A stretch of 40,246 nt of DNA, from assembly GCA_040389905.1 (NCBI GenBank), contig JAZJZK010000055.1:1-40246 (forward strand), written 5' to 3'. Below, piece after piece: positions 37,191 to 40,246 of this stretch. The translations under genes were made by a program, and so were the position numbers. The stretch comes from Gemmatimonadota bacterium (lineage in GTDB: Bacteria > Gemmatimonadota > Gemmatimonadetes > Gemmatimonadales > Gemmatimonadaceae). The notes beneath the pieces are model-generated. The model made no database searches. It saw only the letters and a program-made list of their open reading frames with translations, and was not told the origin of the DNA. Positions within the stretch are counted from its first letter, which is position 1; every line of letters begins with the position of its first letter.

Positions 37191-39884
37191 CTACCGGCCC
37201 ATCCAGTACGTGGCCTTGATGAGGAACACATTCGTCGCCGGCCCGCGGAAGATTGCACTGACATCGCGTCGCGTCTCGAAATCACCGATCTGCTCGAAGT
37301 CGCTGCGCTCCTGCTGCCACACGAAGTACAGCGAGGAACCCGGGCGGTAATCCCACCGCATTACGGCATTTCCGCGGAGCGAGCGAACATTGAAGTTCGG
37401 ATCGCCCACCGTGAACGCGGGCGCCGCACCCGCGCCATCGGGGTCGATGGTGTACACCTTCGACGTCGCGTTGTATGCGCTCGTTCCGCGATCGCGACCG
37501 TACACCGCGAAATCGTATTTCCGCGGCGTCAGGAATTCCTTCAGGTTCTCGTAGCGGCCGGAGGAGACGAACGGCTGGGCGTACATCACGAAGCTCAGGG
37601 ACGGCGAGAACGTGACGTCGACACGTGTGTCGAGCGAGAGCGTCGTCTGCTCGAGATCCGCGAACACATACCGGCGGCCGTACGTGCTCGTGACGCTCGC
37701 GTCCGAGATGACGCGAATGTACTGTGCCGTGCCTCGCCCCCTGTTGACCGACGGCCCGAAGTTGACGTTGACGTTCGAGCTCGGGCGTGCGTTGAGGCTG
37801 GTGGAGAAGCTCGTGGACCGAGCTCCACTCTCGTCTCGAAAGAGGTTGGTCCCGACGGTCGCGATCACCCGTCGGCGGGAATCCGATGAGACAGAAGCAT
37901 TCCCGCTCCAGCTCCCTGGGTTCTCGGCGACAGGACCGCCGCGAAGGAGCCGATCGTTGAAATAGCTCGGCGACACGCTGGCGCCTCCATTGACGCCCCA
38001 GAGATTGTTCAGCGTACTGTGGAAGGCCGCCGCATAGCCGTGAAAGACCGCGTCGCCTCCATAATTCCACGTGTCGTTGCTGTACACGAAGTACGCGAAA
38101 CTCCGAAAATGTTTCCCGGCAGTGCCATCCTGCCGTCCGATGAGCGTGGAAAGCGCACGAAAGTCAGTGCGCGTCTGAAAACCGAAGTCGTTCAATTCGA
38201 GGCCGGGACTCGTTTCCTTGTAGTCGACCGACCAGAAGTTCACGCCATTCTTCGCGATGGCGATCTCGCCCATGTATCCACGGATGGATGTGGCCATGGA
38301 GTCGTAACGGAGGTACGTGGCATCGGGACGCTGGAAGTAGTGCGTGCTGTTCCGCTGCGTCGATGCAATGGCCTGGCGGCTGCCATCCACTTGCGAACCG
38401 GAAAGGAACCCGCTGAGGATGTACTTGCGGTTCATCATGTCGTGCTCGAAATCCACGCCGCCGATCGTGGCGTTCGAGCGCAGCAAGCCGGAGAACGCGG
38501 TATCCGAAACCGCACGCGTCGTATTCTGCAGCAGCGTTCCCACGAACGTGGCCCCGCCGCGGAAGTCGCGCTTGAGGCGCCCCGCGAAGTAGTTCGTGAG
38601 GGGCTCCACGGGAGAATCGTATTGGAGCTTGGTCGACGTCTGCACGCGTGCGTTCTGTTCGGTGGTGACGGCGTCGAGCAGGCCGACGGTCCAGCCCTTT
38701 GTCTTGCCGGTTACCTTCGCGGCGGTCGCGATCGTGGTCTGGCTGGGAACGTCGACGTAGGCAACGTCGCCGCCGACGGCGCGCTGCGGTTGGCGGCCGA
38801 TGCGGCGCGAATAGAGGAAGGTGCCGCCACCGTAGCCGTTCTGGCGCACCACCTGTCCGAAGCCGAAGACGTCGGAGCCCTCGAGGAAGAATGGGCGCTT
38901 CTCGGGAAACGAAGTCTCGAACGCGCTCAGGTTCACGACGGCGGGATCGACTTCGACCTGACCGAAGTCAGGATTCACGGTGGCGCTGAGCGTGAGCCCG
39001 CCGGGAAGACCGTACTTGAGATCCGCCCCAGCGGACGGTCGCGCGTCATTCTGTTTATAGAATGGATTCGCGACGCTGCCCGGCGCCCGCGTGAGCTTGG
39101 AACTGACATAGGGCATGAGCTCGACGCGCTCCGGCGCGGAAAGATCGAGCAGGCCGGACAGATCGCCAAAGCGGGAGACGAACGCGCCATCCTGCGGCGT
39201 CCACGGTGACCACGTGTCGCGCTCGTTGCGGCGGGCGATATCGCGTTGCACCTGAAGTCCCCAGACGCGCTCCGAGCCGGCCTCCTGCTTTCCGTAGCGC
39301 AGCTGGCTCAGCGGAATGCGATACTCCGCGACCCAGCCAAGGCTGTCGATCCGCGTTCCGACCTCCCAAACCGCATCCCAGTTCAGGTCCTCGCTGCCGT
39401 CGTTGAAGGTGTAGACATCCTTCTGGACACCGCGCGGCGTGGTCGAGAAGCGGAACGCCGTTCGCTTGTCGTGATACGAGTCGATGATGAGATGCACCCA
39501 ATCGGAATAGATGCCTGTTGCGGCGGTCGCATCGCGCCGAGCGAGGCCGGCAACGACGGAATCCGGGTGGGTGTCGAACATGCGGATTCCGACATAGATC
39601 GCACTTTCGTCGTAGAGGACGCGGATTTCGGTTCCGTCAGGCGCGGGTTTTCCCGGGGCAGGGTACGCTTGCGTGAACGCGCTGGAAGGCACCGCGGCGT
39701 TCCAGGCTGCCTCGTCGAGCTTGCCGTCGACCCTGATGTCTCCTGAGCGCTGCACGGCGCGAATGAAGCGAGGCGGAGCGCTGGTGGTTGGGGCTGGGGT
39801 CGCTTGTGCCAACGCCGTGGCGGCGATGAACAATGGGAACATCGCGTTCCGGAGGGTCGCGATCGTGCTTCTGGAGTGACGCAT
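37191..39884 (-). CDS. CBM9-like plus DUF5916 outer-membrane protein
   Basis: VDGKLDEAAW, WDAVW, GWVAEYRIP, TVNPDFGQVEVD, EKRPFFLEG, YSRRIG, WDYRPGSSLYFVW; start MRHSRS. Confidence 0.9.
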   Translation of the reverse strand: MRHSRSTIATLRNAMFPLFIAATALAQATPAPTTSAPPRFIRAVQRSGDIRVDGKLDEAAWNAAVPSSAFTQAYPAPGKPAPDGTEIRVLYDESAIYVGIRMFDTHPDSVVAGLARRDATAATGIYSDWVHLIIDSYHDKRTAFRFSTTPRGVQKDVYTFNDGSEDLNWDAVWEVGTRIDSLGWVAEYRIPLSQLRYGKQEAGSERVWGLQVQRDIARRNERDTWSPWTPQDGAFVSRFGDLSGLLDLSAPERVELMPYVSSKLTRAPGSVANPFYKQNDARPSAGADLKYGLPGGLTLSATVNPDFGQVEVDPAVVNLSAFETSFPEKRPFFLEGSDVFGFGQVVRQNGYGGGTFLYSRRIGRQPQRAVGGDVAYVDVPSQTTIATAAKVTGKTKGWTVGLLDAVTTEQNARVQTSTKLQYDSPVEPLTNYFAGRLKRDFRGGATFVGTLLQNTTRAVSDTAFSGLLRSNATIGGVDFEHDMMNRKYILSGFLSGSQVDGSRQAIASTQRNSTHYFQRPDATYLRYDSMATSIRGYMGEIAIAKNGVNFWSVDYKETSPGLELNDFGFQTRTDFRALSTLIGRQDGTAGKHFRSFAYFVYSNDTWNYGGDAVFHGYAAAFHSTLNNLWGVNGGASVSPSYFNDRLLRGGPVAENPGSWSGNASVSSDSRRRVIATVGTNLFRDESGARSTSFSTSLNARPSSNVNVNFGPSVNRGRGTAQYIRVISDASVTSTYGRRYVFADLEQTTLSLDTRVDVTFSPSLSFVMYAQPFVSSGRYENLKEFLTPRKYDFAVYGRDRGTSAYNATSKVYTIDPDGAGAAPAFTVGDPNFNVRSLRGNAVMRWDYRPGSSLYFVWQQERSDFEQIGDFETRRDVSAIFRGPATNVFLIKATYWMGR

Positions 39885-39920
39885 GTGTGGTGGGTGGGCA
39901 GCTGGAAGCAGAGAATCGAC

Positions 39921-40051
39921 CCGCCGGCACATTGAACGCGGATTGAGCGGATTGAAAGCGGATCACATCTGATTGAAAACTTTCAAAGAAGTACGTTTTA
40001 TCATTTTTTTGCTGTTCACATCCGCTCAATCCGCGTTCAATGTGCCGGCGG
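39921..40051. repeat. Palindromic repeat family B copy with perfect 32-bp arms
   Basis: ccgccggcacattgaacgcggattgagcggat (39921-39952) and its exact reverse complement (40020-40051) around an AT-rich spacer. Confidence 0.9.
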
Positions 40052-40125
40052 CAAACGAGCGTTGCGACCGTCCCTTTGGACAGGAACGACCATTCGACAC
40101 CCTTTGGTCGGTATGGGTTGAGCCA

Positions 40126-40162
40126 AACGAGAAACGGCCAGCGCGCGAAGCGCATGGCCGTT
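40126..40162 (-). terminator. Probable terminator hairpin downstream of tRNA-Lys
   Basis: Minus strand AACGGCCA-T-GCGC-TTCGC-GCGC-TGGCCGTT-TCTCGTT. Confidence 0.55.
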
Positions 40163-40173
40163 GGAGTATCGGA

Positions 40174-40246
40174 TGACCGGAGTGGGGATCGAACCCACGA
40201 CCTGAAGATTAAAAGTCTCCTGCTCTACCAACTGAGCTATCCGGTC
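40174..40246 (-). tRNA. tRNA-Lys (anticodon UUU), CCA not encoded
   Basis: GACCGGA acceptor, GCTCAGTTGGTAGAGC D arm, GGAGA-CTTTTAA-TCTTC anticodon arm, GTGGGTTCGATCCCCAC T arm, TCCGGTC-A. Confidence 0.97.

Noticed and set aside
40174..40246. tRNA-Lys as the attachment site of a genomic island
   Set aside because: No integrase and no duplicated tRNA 3' end noticed; core ribosomal genes lie about 10 kb away

Overview
High-GC chromosomal window, probably Gemmatimonadota (inferred from the SusC/SusD pair, PadR-ADOP permease module and CBM48/ECF cluster). In order: a catabolic cluster (partial acylating aldehyde dehydrogenase, PQQ dehydrogenase, ThuA protein, MFS transporter, citryl-CoA-lyase-like protein); PadR plus ADOP permease; a DUF1684-TlpA-hydrolase operon; DUF5996 and a UBP zinc finger; a frameshifted phytase-like esterase; an ECF sigma/CBM48 module; a LytS/LytTR pair; lon; ffh-rpsP-rimM-trmD-(K+/H+ antiporter)-rplS-rnhB-SDR; susC/susD; DUF5916; tRNA-Lys(UUU). 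The best candidate for an undescribed system is a classical-type transcription attenuator not in the ORF track (11682-11883, minus strand): sigma70 promoter, near-leaderless 32-aa uORF with two TGT Cys codons, alternative protector/antiterminator helices and an intrinsic terminator directly before DUF1684-TlpA-hydrolase. Also notable: a 144-bp IS4-like MITE wrapping a REP hairpin, a tannase-type CS-D-HC motif in a small hydrolase, a perfect CRP box at the ECF/CBM48 module and several dispersed palindromic repeat families. All calls are by eye; no searches or folding were run.
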